A DNA stretch of 42,468 nucleotides, taken from NCBI GenBank assembly GCA_037387725.1, contig JARRKU010000065.1, forward strand, positions 7,008 to 49,475, read 5' to 3'. The position numbers were made by a program, and so were the translations under genes. Shown in pieces: positions 9,715 to 18,912 of this stretch. The notes under the pieces were generated by a model that searched no databases, was not told the DNA's origin, and worked only from the letters and a program-made list of their open reading frames with translations. The stretch's first letter is position 1. Every line of letters begins with the position of its first letter. The DNA comes from Desulfobacteraceae bacterium. GTDB lineage: Bacteria > Desulfobacterota > Desulfobacteria > Desulfobacterales > Desulfosarcinaceae.

Positions 9715-10770
9715 CTAAATGTTGGCACCATCGATCAAACCCAGCTTGAGCGCCCTTTTGCGCCATTGCTCCCGCGCCATGGCCTGCATGTCTTCGACGG
9801 TATCGATCTCGTCCACGATCTCCAACCCCAGCAGGGTTTCGATAAAATCTTCCATGGTGACAACGCCCTGAGTGCCGCCATATTCATCCACCGCCAGGGC
9901 GATATGGGCTTTTTCATCCATCAGGCGTTCAAACAACCGATGCAGGGGCAGCGCCTCGGGGATCACCACCAAAGGACGGCGCATCTCGGAGAGCAGGGCA
10001 GCGCCTTTCTTTTCCTGTCCGGCCCGTAGAATTTCATTCTTGAGCACAAAGCCGGTGATCTGGTCGAGGTTCTCCCCGTATACCGGTATTCTGGAAAAGG
10101 GCAAGTGGCTGTGCAGGGAAAGGGTTTCGTCCACGGACAGGTTTTCCGACAAGGCGAAGAGAACCGTACGCGGTGTCATGATATCGCTGGTGCGCACCTC
10201 GCGAAAGCAGAAGAGATTGTTGAGAATGCGCGATTCGTATTTGTGAAAGACCCCTTCCCGGGCACCGAGCTGGGCCAGGGCGATAAACTCGTCCCGGTGG
10301 ACCTTGGACCGCTCCCTGCCCTTGGTGAGCCATCGGGTGAGGGTATCGGCCAGTTTCACAAGGGGATACATGATCCAGATCGTGACCTCCAGCAGACGCA
10401 CAACCGAAGGGGTGAGCCGTCGCCAATAGGCTGCCCCCAGGGTTTTGGGGATAATTTCCGAAAAGACCAGAATGAGAAAGGTCAGGACCGCCGATATCAG
10501 ACCGATATAAGCGTCCCCGAAAACAGCGGCCGCCTGGGCGCCGGCGCCGGCCGCTCCCACGGTATGGGCAATGGTATTCAAGCTTAAAATAGCGGCCAGC
10601 GGTTGATCCACATTATCTTTGAATTTTCGCAGCCGGGTCCCCAACCGAAGGCCTTCCTGCTCCTGCCGCGCCACGAAGGATGGCGAAACGCTGAGCAGCA
10701 CCGCCTCCATGATAGAGCAGAGAAAAGAGAAACCCAGGGCCAGTGCCATGTATACCAACAGTAGTGTCAT
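9715..10770 (-). CDS. CNNM/CorC-type transporter-associated protein (DUF21 membrane domain plus CBS pair; no CorC_HlyC C-terminal domain)
   Basis: N-terminal 4-TM DUF21 region followed by two CBS-like segments. Its start overlaps the mscS stop (ATGA), implying translational coupling. Confidence 0.85.
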   Translation of the reverse strand: MTLLLVYMALALGFSFLCSIMEAVLLSVSPSFVARQEQEGLRLGTRLRKFKDNVDQPLAAILSLNTIAHTVGAAGAGAQAAAVFGDAYIGLISAVLTFLILVFSEIIPKTLGAAYWRRLTPSVVRLLEVTIWIMYPLVKLADTLTRWLTKGRERSKVHRDEFIALAQLGAREGVFHKYESRILNNLFCFREVRTSDIMTPRTVLFALSENLSVDETLSLHSHLPFSRIPVYGENLDQITGFVLKNEILRAGQEKKGAALLSEMRRPLVVIPEALPLHRLFERLMDEKAHIALAVDEYGGTQGVVTMEDFIETLLGLEIVDEIDTVEDMQAMAREQWRKRALKLGLIDGANI

Positions 10771-11843
10771 TTCTTTGAAGTCTTCCTCTTTTCGTCATCG
10801 GTTTTGAGCATCTCATCCACCGCTTCAATGCGTTTTTCGATCCTTTCCATGGCCGCTTCGATCTTCTTCACAGCTTCGGCCTGGGATGGGTCCTTGGCTT
10901 TATGCAAGGCACTGCGCTTTTGGGCCAGCGCGTCCAGCTTTTCCTGCAATTGCCGTCGCTCCTGGGCGATCTCCGCCTTGTCGAAAATCAGATCACCGGG
11001 AAGCGCTTCTGATTCTTCACTCGGGCCTTGGAGCGGACCGATGGCCGGTGGAATCATGGCGACATCGTCGGCCAGCACCCGCTGGTTCATAAAATTGGGC
11101 GAAACGATTTCGATCCCGGCGCCGTGGAGCCCATTCAGGACAGCCCGTTTGAGCTTGGACTGCATGGCCAGCAATTGCTTGGACTCGTGTAGAAAGCCGG
11201 ATATTTTATAGGTGATGGAAAAATCTCCCAACTTCAGAATTTGTGAGAACGGCTCTTCCAGCCCCGTCTGTTCAGCCGCCGCAATCAGCAACGGTTCGAC
11301 CTGCTGATGGGGCACATCATAGCCCAGGGAGAGGGTGGCCGACACCACCGTACCCGAGGAACGTACCACCGTCAGCGGGTTGGTAATCAGATAGAGGTTG
11401 GGGAAGGTCGTCAGGTCCCGTTCGGCCGTCTGGATTTCGGTATGGAACAAACCCCGTTCGGTGATTCGGCCGAACATGCTGTTGACGCGAATAAAATCAC
11501 CGGCTTTGTAATTGCGGATCAACCGCAGCATAAATCCGGCAAGGGCGTTGGTGACAAAGGTGGTGGAGGAGAGGGCGATGATACCGGTAAAGACAACCCC
11601 GAACAGGCCCAGCACCTGCCCCCTTGTTTCCGCCTCAATGGGCAGCAACAGCAACAGGATCAGTACACCGACCACGGCGATCGCCACTATCAGAAACTGG
11701 GGTAGCAAGGTGCGCCTGTAGTCGGCGGAGAGCCGCTGCTTGGCGGCTAAGATGCTCATGGATTTGAGCAGGACCAGCAGGACGATCAGAACGCAGGCTG
11801 CCGGCAGATAGCGATACAATTCATCCATCAGGGGATTGGACAT
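10767..11843 (-). CDS. MscS-family mechanosensitive channel with C-terminal coiled-coil tail
   Basis: 3 N-terminal TM helices, an MscS beta-domain signature, and a charged coiled-coil C-terminus. Confidence 0.85.
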   Translation of the reverse strand: MSNPLMDELYRYLPAACVLIVLLVLLKSMSILAAKQRLSADYRRTLLPQFLIVAIAVVGVLILLLLLPIEAETRGQVLGLFGVVFTGIIALSSTTFVTNALAGFMLRLIRNYKAGDFIRVNSMFGRITERGLFHTEIQTAERDLTTFPNLYLITNPLTVVRSSGTVVSATLSLGYDVPHQQVEPLLIAAAEQTGLEEPFSQILKLGDFSITYKISGFLHESKQLLAMQSKLKRAVLNGLHGAGIEIVSPNFMNQRVLADDVAMIPPAIGPLQGPSEESEALPGDLIFDKAEIAQERRQLQEKLDALAQKRSALHKAKDPSQAEAVKKIEAAMERIEKRIEAVDEMLKTDDEKRKTSKK

Positions 11844-12017
11844 GAATCTTCCGCCCTTCTAAGGGGTCAATGCGTGGGATTAGCCATTTTTCTGTAGTGA
11901 TATTGTACACATACCACGGCAATGCAGGCGCCACAAGTCTCATGGTCGGTAGAATTGCCGAAGCATGGCATTCACCCTCTGCCCGTCAAGAAAGGACGAT
12001 CGACACGGAGCGGCAGG

Positions 12018-12857
12018 TCATCGACTCAGATCGACTTGCTGCCCTTCGGCTCTCCCCAGTATGGCCAGTACGCTGTCGATGAGTTGCCGGCGGTTGGCCG
12101 TCACCTCTGAAGCGCCCAGCCCAATAAGTTCGCCTTTTCTGCGCACGGCCCACTGGCTGGCATATACGATCACCGGTGGACCGCCGTGAACGATCGACGG
12201 GTGTTTTAGAAATGAGACGCCGGCCGTTTGAGAGCTGTCCGATGAGTGGGCCCTGCCAAGATCGGTAATCACAAGATCGTAGCTCTCATTTGCAAGCTGA
12301 TCGACGGCTTCGGACGTGGACACAACGTTGTCAAAGACAATACCGTGCGGCCTGAGCGTCTTGCGTTCGATCTCGTTGTTGGCGGGCAGATCATCCACCC
12401 ATAACACACGTGCGGCACGCCTGGGGATGGTCGCAAGAACCGGGATCGCATCGACGAGCGCTGAAACATCGTCTGAAAAAGATTCCCGGCGGAGGAAATA
12501 GGCGTCCCGTTTGGTGAACCACCGCAGCTCGGCCGGCAGGTCTGCATCGGACGGTATCCGGCCCCCGTCCACAAGAACAGGGACCACCGCCACACCATGA
12601 AAGCGGGCACGCCGCCATTCGTATGCCACGACGCAGGTTGCTTCCTTCAGCCGGGCGACGTCAAATGATGGACCGATCATGGACAACATAACGTTGGCCC
12701 TTGAAACCGCATTGCGGATCTCCTGGGGATAAAGGTCGCCGCCGCTTATGCTGCCGGTGTCGACAAATGCATTGTGGCCCGCACCGCTCAGCGCGAATCC
12801 AACGGCATGGGCGGCAAAGAGCGTGTCCGCCCGTTGGTAGGACACAAAAACCTCCAT
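12018..12857 (-). CDS. TIR-domain protein fused to a CheY-like receiver (REC) domain
   Basis: ATG 12857 with RBS AAGGAG 7 nt upstream. N-terminus MEVFVSYQRAD...GDLYPQEIRNAVSRANVML...AYEWRRA is a bacterial TIR_2-like start. C-terminal half (VLWVDDLP...YDLVITDL...VIVYAS...K) has the acidic pocket, phospho-Asp, Ser/Thr and Lys of a receiver. Confidence 0.7.
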   Translation of the reverse strand: MEVFVSYQRADTLFAAHAVGFALSGAGHNAFVDTGSISGGDLYPQEIRNAVSRANVMLSMIGPSFDVARLKEATCVVAYEWRRARFHGVAVVPVLVDGGRIPSDADLPAELRWFTKRDAYFLRRESFSDDVSALVDAIPVLATIPRRAARVLWVDDLPANNEIERKTLRPHGIVFDNVVSTSEAVDQLANESYDLVITDLGRAHSSDSSQTAGVSFLKHPSIVHGGPPVIVYASQWAVRRKGELIGLGASEVTANRRQLIDSVLAILGRAEGQQVDLSR

Positions 12858-13145
12858 GGTGTCACTCCTTCGCATAACTTGGTCCTTTTTCGCCAATCCG
12901 TTACCATCCTTTATAGGAAGCTGACGCGTCTACCCACACCCCATGTCTGCCCAATCGTTGCATGATAAAGTGGTAAATGGCTTGCAAAGCCACATGGCCG
13001 ACCCAACAATTTTGGCCGACACCACAACTTCGAACCGATGTTTTTGTAGGGCGGGGCTCCGTACCCAGCACAACTGTCTGCGATGGCGTACCCTTGCCGC
13101 CGTATTCTGGCGTCCTCCATCGGCAGCGCAGCATCGAACGATGTC

Positions 13146-13541
13146 TTATTCCAAACTAAAGCCAACCACCTTTCCGTGCGAAAGACTCAAGCTCCCCAAT
13201 AATTGATATTTATCCCCTGAGATATGCACCTTCCATAAATGTCTTCGCATGCCGATACTTTTTATATCCCCGAGATATTCGAGTTGATACCCTTTTTCTA
13301 TTTTCGCACTTCGCTGCAGGATCAGAGAATCAAACGTATATTCATCCATAAAGGACTTAAATGCTTCATTTCCATGCTTGATGAACGCTTGGTGATTTTT
13401 GATTCTCAGTGCCTCCATTTGGAAGATCATCAGCTTTTCAACAGTCTCCGCTGATTCATCCTGTGCTGAAACTGTGTTTAGGGACAAGAGCAGGGACAAA
13501 AGAACCAAAATTGATGGCAAAAAGATCTTATCGAACCGCAA
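13146..13541 (-). CDS. Secreted hypothetical protein (signal peptide), AT-rich
   Basis: MRFDKIFLPSILVLLSLLLSLNTVSAQ signal peptide. Composition differs from neighbouring genes. Confidence 0.5.
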   Translation of the reverse strand: MRFDKIFLPSILVLLSLLLSLNTVSAQDESAETVEKLMIFQMEALRIKNHQAFIKHGNEAFKSFMDEYTFDSLILQRSAKIEKGYQLEYLGDIKSIGMRRHLWKVHISGDKYQLLGSLSLSHGKVVGFSLE

Positions 13542-13585
13542 TGCATCACCTCATCAATAAATTGTTATCGTCGATGCAGGCGCTA

Positions 13586-14120
13586 TCACAGGGCAAGGAT
13601 CATGACATTCCTGCGTGTGCCTGCCGTCTTTACAAATTGAAACCCCGCCTTCTCAAATGTTGAGACAAAACCCATAAACGTGTAACTCGGCGAGTCATGT
13701 GCAACAGGATAGGCTTCGATGTATCGGGCGCCGTTGTCCCTGGCATATTGAACGGCCGCATCTATCAGCCGCGATGTAATGCCCCTGTTTCTGAAGGGAC
13801 GTTTGATAAAAAAGCAGACCAAAGACCATACGCGATCTTTAGCTTCGTCTCCACCCAACGATCTGTAAGTATCGCGCGGAGCGATCGAACACCAGCCAAT
13901 CGGTTCATCTTCGAAGTAGGCAAGCAGCCCGATGGGCACACCGCGATGGACAAGGTCGCAAATCGAAGCCTTCCTGCCCGCTTTTCCGGATATCGTTGTT
14001 TTTGTAGGTATTGATCCGCCAAGCCATGCACCAGCAATAATGGGGGCCGCCCCTGCTTTCAAATAGCTGCTCGAAATCACTCCAGCGATCGGGTGTAACG
14101 GGATGGAAGTCGGGGTTCAT
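13586..14120 (-). pseudogene. GNAT-family N-acetyltransferase split by a frameshift
   Basis: N-terminal part (MNPDFHPVTPDRWSDFEQLFESRGGPHYCWCMAWR) is in the frame of ORF 13905-14120. The GNAT core (RNRGITSRLIDAAVQYARDNGARYIEAYP) is in the frame of ORF 13586-14080. The overlap contains a T5 run at about 13993-13997. Confidence 0.55.
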
Positions 14121-14184
14121 TTGAGAAAACGCATTTTGCGCCCTTTAATCTGGATTTGCCAAATTGCAGCGCAACGCAGCGGCA

Positions 14185-14607
14185 TCATTTAATGTAGTAA
14201 CCGGATACCCGCCATTTTCCATCTGCGTCTAACATGGGGGTTACGGTTTCGATGGCTGATTGTTTATTTTCAAAAGCAGTGCTGAACTGAATCACCACAT
14301 ATTGTCCGTCCGGCGCCCCCGGCAAGGATGTTCTGTAGGCGATGCGCTTAGGCACTCTGGACAGGAGCCTGCCAAGGGGCGTTCGCACAGTGCGGAGCAT
14401 CTGCACCCACTGCTCCTTGTTTACGGCATTCTTGAAGTAATCTGCTGCACTGTCCCAACTGTCGGCATAGGCTTCCTCGTCAACCCGCTGCAACCATTCC
14501 AGCGCGCTCGCCTTTGCAGCCTCCTTCTTTCCGGTATCGGCCATCGCGCATGACCACGCAACAAGCAGCATCCCAAGTGAAAGGATATACACGCGCCTAT
14601 TTATCAT
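14185..14607 (-). CDS. DUF4019-like secreted protein
   Basis: ATG 14607 with RBS GGGAGGTG. Signal peptide MINRRVYILSLGMLLVAWSCAMA. Body matches the DUF4019 pattern as recalled (ending ...DGKWRVSGYYIK). Confidence 0.6.
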   Translation of the reverse strand: MINRRVYILSLGMLLVAWSCAMADTGKKEAAKASALEWLQRVDEEAYADSWDSAADYFKNAVNKEQWVQMLRTVRTPLGRLLSRVPKRIAYRTSLPGAPDGQYVVIQFSTAFENKQSAIETVTPMLDADGKWRVSGYYIK

Positions 14608-14650
14608 TGTCACACCTCCCTTTTTGATAGGTCCAGCCGATCCGATCATT

Positions 14651-15466
14651 TCACCCCAAAGCCACGTCAAGGAGCATCATTACGGAAAAACCCGCCATGG
14701 TCATCATGGTAACCGTATCGATGTTTTCCATTTTTCTCTGGGATTCGGGTATGAGTTCCTCAACCACCACAAAAATCATGGCACCCGCCGCAAAGCATAA
14801 CGCATATGGCAGAACACTTTGCATTTTTAACACGAACAAGGCGCCGAAGACACCTGCGATGGGCTCCACGACGCCCGACGCCTGCCCCATGAAAAAGCTC
14901 TTGCCCTTTGACAATCCTTCTCTTCTCAGGGGCATGGAAACGGCTGTGCCTTCAGGAAAGTTTTGTAGACCGATGCCAATGGCCAGCGCTATAGCGCCGC
15001 CAAGCGTTGCAGAGGGAAGGTTGGCGCCAACCGCACCGAAAGCAACGCCGACCGCCAGGCCTTCGGGAATATTATGCATTGTAATGGCAAGCACCAGCAG
15101 CGTGCTCCGCTGCCACGAGGTTTTGATGCCTTCGCTTTTATCGATACTCAGGTTCGGGTGAAGATGGGGAAGAAATTTATCCGTCAGCCGCATGAACAAC
15201 CCGCCGGCCATAAACCCGATAACCGCTGTCAACCATGGTATTTGTCCCAAATTTTCAGCCATCTCGATACCCGGAGCGAGCAGAGACCAGAAACTCGCCG
15301 CAACCATAACGCCCGCTGCAAATCCGAGCATTGAGTCCAAAAGTTTCTGGTTAACGCCGCTGGTCACATAAACGAGCGCAGCGCCGGCCGCCGTTACCGC
15401 CCAAGTGAATAGAGTGGCAACAAACGCCTGACCAACCGGGTTGAATTGTTGGATAAATTCGATCAT
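14651..15466 (-). CDS. zupT: ZIP-family metal transporter
   Basis: 271 aa, 8 TM, with the conserved [10 protein letters not shown] and HxxPEG motifs. Confidence 0.9.
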   Translation of the reverse strand: MIEFIQQFNPVGQAFVATLFTWAVTAAGAALVYVTSGVNQKLLDSMLGFAAGVMVAASFWSLLAPGIEMAENLGQIPWLTAVIGFMAGGLFMRLTDKFLPHLHPNLSIDKSEGIKTSWQRSTLLVLAITMHNIPEGLAVGVAFGAVGANLPSATLGGAIALAIGIGLQNFPEGTAVSMPLRREGLSKGKSFFMGQASGVVEPIAGVFGALFVLKMQSVLPYALCFAAGAMIFVVVEELIPESQRKMENIDTVTMMTMAGFSVMMLLDVALG

Positions 15467-15700
15467 ACGGCTATTTCCTTACGCTAAAGTTCACACGGCC
15501 GCCAGCCAATCCAAACGGCTGAACATCACAAATCCCGCTTCAACGATTGGCGGACACCAGTGGCCCAAAATGCCATCATAAGCCTGTTTGCGACTGCTCC
15601 CGCACCTATGGCATCGGCTTCTTTCCGGTTAAACAAATTTAATGGCAACGAAACTAATATGCTATCATTTGAACGGATTTCAAGTATTTTAAAATGCCTA

Positions 15701-16087
15701 TCATCTGATCAAATTAAGACAGTTAAGGCATTTGTATCGCTTTCTAAAAATAAAGATCGGCAATCCCGATAAAAGCGTCAGGGCCGCCGCTTTTCTTGTC
15801 CAATTGATCAAAACCAAATTCAGGGATCCGCATTTATTGCAACGCTCATCATCTGAAATCTCCGGAAATGGAATCCTCTCTAAAGCACTTGAACAATCCG
15901 TATTAAGAACTTTTTGCGCATCCTCGAAGTCGGATTCCAAGATTCGAAGTTTAACGCCACCTATTGCAAGAGAGATGGTCCATTGCATATTGATATGATG
16001 ATCACCAACGACCCATGAAGGTATGCCCTCATATTCCAACCGTGACTTGGCCAGATAAGCCAATGGCGGGTCGATAAATGACCTCAA
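15701..16087 (-). CDS. DUF2007-like putative signal-transducing protein with C-terminal CxxC...CxxC zinc ribbon
   Basis: LAYLAKSRLEYEGIPSWVV...GGVKLRILESDFEDAQKVL matches DUF2007. The C-terminus has CNKCG...CLNC. Confidence 0.55.
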   Translation of the reverse strand: MRSFIDPPLAYLAKSRLEYEGIPSWVVGDHHINMQWTISLAIGGVKLRILESDFEDAQKVLNTDCSSALERIPFPEISDDERCNKCGSLNLVLINWTRKAAALTLLSGLPIFIFRKRYKCLNCLNLIR

Positions 16088-16227
16088 TGTGATAAGCCGA
16101 TAATGCTTTCTATCGATAGCGCTTTTTCCTTACAAGTTCACTTAATGATTTCAGCAATTGTTTTTTAGGCCGAAATCAATTGAAAACAACAGCATCATTG
16201 CCATTGCACTACTTCGAACCATACAAC

Positions 16228-16731
16228 TTACCGCCCCAGCTTTTCTGCGTCCGTTGACGTTTCTTGTCTGACATTGATTTTCTCCTGGATAGCTTCAACG
16301 AATTTCTTATCCAACCCATTCTCACTGGAAACCGGAAAGCTAATTTCCATTTCTGATGATGTGGTTACCATGACATAGGAATCATCCCAAAACGAATCGT
16401 CATACTGCACGACTAGAGATACGATTTGATCAAAGGGAATGATCGTCTCGGGTTCTTCCCAGCTGCTTGAATATGCGATCAGATTTCTGTCCGTTACGAA
16501 ATAGAGGCCTGTCTTGATATCAAACAAGGCATCAGAATAGAAGTATCTGATTTGCTCATCTTCCTGGAGCAGGTTGAGCGACCTTATCGTCTTCATATAT
16601 TTCTTGGGAATTTGACGGCCCGGATACACCGCCGTATCAGGCCCACTAAATAGAATTGTGACAAATGCAATGAATATCAGCCCGATAATGGAGACACAGC
16701 CTAACCCTGTGTACTTCAGAGTCTTATTCAT
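16228..16731 (-). CDS. Membrane-anchored hypothetical protein
   Basis: N-terminal TM anchor (GLGCVSIIGLIFIAFVTILF). AT-rich. No known family recognised. Confidence 0.5.
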   Translation of the reverse strand: MNKTLKYTGLGCVSIIGLIFIAFVTILFSGPDTAVYPGRQIPKKYMKTIRSLNLLQEDEQIRYFYSDALFDIKTGLYFVTDRNLIAYSSSWEEPETIIPFDQIVSLVVQYDDSFWDDSYVMVTTSSEMEISFPVSSENGLDKKFVEAIQEKINVRQETSTDAEKLGR

Positions 16732-16921
16732 TTATTCCTTTCTTCCTGCCCCCGAAAGCGGACTGTTCACAGAACCATAATTAATAGCGCACAAGGATGC
16801 AAAAGCCCCTCATCCGAGAATTGTAACAAGTTGATCATCTGCATTGATCGATCACCTATTTTTCGAAATATTTTTGAACAGTGTCGATTAGTGGTCCTCG
16901 CTGTCCTTCACCATCGGGTTG

Positions 16922-17320
16922 TTACGCGTCGTTTTTTCCATACACCACAAGGGATCCGACAGCAAAATCGTGAATTGCTCTTTTATTTCTCGAGAATGGA
17001 ATTGTAAAAAATGAAAGCAACCCCAGGACAATTTTTACGATTATTCGCAAATAAGCCTGAACGATGGATATTTTCTCTCCTGTTGAAAATTTCCGGATTC
17101 GGATACCCGTAACTTTTTGACCGAGCGTGCAATAAAAGGCCGTAAAGATCGGTTCGTAAACAAAAAACATAAAGAGTATGATAATGATTCTTACGTTTAT
17201 TGCAGTGGCGTTTTCGCTATCCAAAATATAAGAAGATAGAAAAAGCATACCGATTATGAACAAACCATCAATGAATGTAGATAAATATCTCCTGAGAATA
17301 CCAGGATGTACGATCTCCAT
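16922..17320 (-). CDS. RDD-family membrane protein
   Basis: RRYLSTFIDGLFI... with 3 TM and a C-terminal RAIHDFAVGSLV motif typical of RDD. Confidence 0.6.
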   Translation of the reverse strand: MEIVHPGILRRYLSTFIDGLFIIGMLFLSSYILDSENATAINVRIIIILFMFFVYEPIFTAFYCTLGQKVTGIRIRKFSTGEKISIVQAYLRIIVKIVLGLLSFFTIPFSRNKRAIHDFAVGSLVVYGKNDA

Positions 17321-17419
17321 ATTTGAAAATTCCTTTATTTACGATTAAAAATATAAGGCGAACGAAAGGCGGAGACGCGCGTCTTCTTTGCGTGCTGTGT
17401 CTCAAGCGACATGTGCCAT

Positions 17420-17995
17420 TCATTCATTATTAATTAATTTCAGCTGTTTATAGACATCATCCAAGGTAATAACCTCGTTTTCCCGAGGAGGATCGATTTT
17501 AATTGAATCGCCAGTTGTGAAGACCGTTGTTACATATCCTTCAATTATCTCAATCTGTGATGATAACTTTCTAACTGAAGGATCTAACGAAGACTCCTCC
17601 TTAACAAGTTCAACATCACACCCCATATAATAAACCTGCAATGAAAAAACACCTATGGGTGCCGGAAACCTGAATCCTGTTTCTACAATATACGGAGGAG
17701 AATCACCGTAAGGAAAAATGTCCTCGGATAAAAACTTCTCGCTATTTAAATACACGACCAAATGGCATGATGACGGTGGGGAAGGTTTCCACTTATCTGC
17801 TTCCTCCGGGGGTAAGTCTTTTGGTTTTTCTATTGAGGGTATCTGATCATCGAACAGTTCAACTTCGACCCAACCATGCGGTTGTGAGGTAATATATGCT
17901 TTCCGGCTTTCGCTGATATTGGCAACAACTTTTTTTGCACAGCCCAGCACCGTCAGCATGATGCAGAAAATAATTACGATATGCTCAATCTTCAT
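17420..17995 (-). CDS. Hypothetical lipoprotein
   Basis: Signal peptide with lipobox VLGCAK. No known domain. Confidence 0.55.
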   Translation of the reverse strand: MKIEHIVIIFCIMLTVLGCAKKVVANISESRKAYITSQPHGWVEVELFDDQIPSIEKPKDLPPEEADKWKPSPPSSCHLVVYLNSEKFLSEDIFPYGDSPPYIVETGFRFPAPIGVFSLQVYYMGCDVELVKEESSLDPSVRKLSSQIEIIEGYVTTVFTTGDSIKIDPPRENEVITLDDVYKQLKLINNE

Positions 17996-18049
17996 GCTAT
18001 CTCCATTGTGATTAAAAGGACCTAATAACCGGCGAGTATGCGAATCCGA

Positions 18050-18853
18050 TTAATTTTCTTGTTGGACGGCAACGGATCGACATCTTAGTTTAAACCCATT
18101 TGCTTTTGCGTCTGCAGTTATTGCAGTTGCCACTCTAGTGGCCTTCTCATATGTTGGAGTGGAAATTAGTATGCCACCATTCGTATGAATATCAAGCATC
18201 ATTGAGATTGCATCTTCTTGGGTCATGTTCAGGTGGGTCGTTAAGCTGGATACCACAAATTCCATTGTCGTGTTATTGTCATTTAGAATCTCTATACCTG
18301 TTGTAAAATCTGGCGGCATGAAACCCTGAAGCTGCGTCAGCCGAGTTTTTGAGGAAAACGTAGCTGATGTGTCAGGATAAGAGTAATGCCGTCCACGCAC
18401 TCGGTTAGCCAGTAGCTTCCACAGCAAATAGCCATCTGTCCCGAAATCATCGCCATGGCGTTTATGGGGAATGAGATTCAATACAAGAACTATACCATTC
18501 GCAATAGTGAAAGTTATGACTAAGCATGTACCGAAAATCGAAGTTGGATTTCCAAAGATAATTAGATAGGAAGCGGTACCGAGAAGCAGTAGCGCCTGCG
18601 CCAATATACCTGCAGAAGAAAATGCTATTGCTGTAATGAAATTAGGTGGAGGCTCTGTTATACATAAACCACCTGCACCTGAAATCTCTAAGCTAAAAAC
18701 CTTTAGCCCCAAAATACGAGCTGCAGATGCATGTCCTAGTTCATGAAGAATAATGAGCAGGGTGTACGCGATACAGAAATAGATCGTTTCAGGAATTGCA
18801 AACTTTATAATAATATAGATCAGCAATCCTGCTGCTGGGACCGACCAGAGCAC
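18050..18853 (-). CDS. M50-like (site-2-protease type) membrane metalloprotease fused to a C-terminal ClpS-like domain. Start uncertain.
   Basis: HELGHA in a TM helix plus NLIPHKRHGDDFGTDG (the NxxPxxxxDG motif). The C-terminal ~80 aa (ILNDNNTTMEFVVSSLTTHLNMTQEDAISMMLDIHTNGG...) follows the ClpS adaptor pattern. The long ORF (to 19111) overlaps the upstream SLT gene, so the start is probably the internal GTG at about 18853. Confidence 0.6.
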   Translation of the reverse strand: MLWSVPAAGLLIYIIIKFAIPETIYFCIAYTLLIILHELGHASAARILGLKVFSLEISGAGGLCITEPPPNFITAIAFSSAGILAQALLLLGTASYLIIFGNPTSIFGTCLVITFTIANGIVLVLNLIPHKRHGDDFGTDGYLLWKLLANRVRGRHYSYPDTSATFSSKTRLTQLQGFMPPDFTTGIEILNDNNTTMEFVVSSLTTHLNMTQEDAISMMLDIHTNGGILISTPTYEKATRVATAITADAKANGFKLRCRSVAVQQEN

Positions 18854-18912
18854 ATAAACTGGTATATCTTTTAGAAATGTAATTTTTACCGCAGAATTTG
18901 CAAATCGCCGCG

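Noticed and set aside
16088-16227. attC-like sites between minus-strand genes of the 15.5-18.9 kb island
   Set aside because: An imperfect inverted repeat is present in the spacer, but without the AAC...GTT core arrangement seen in the 38.8-42.4 kb array. Insufficient evidence.
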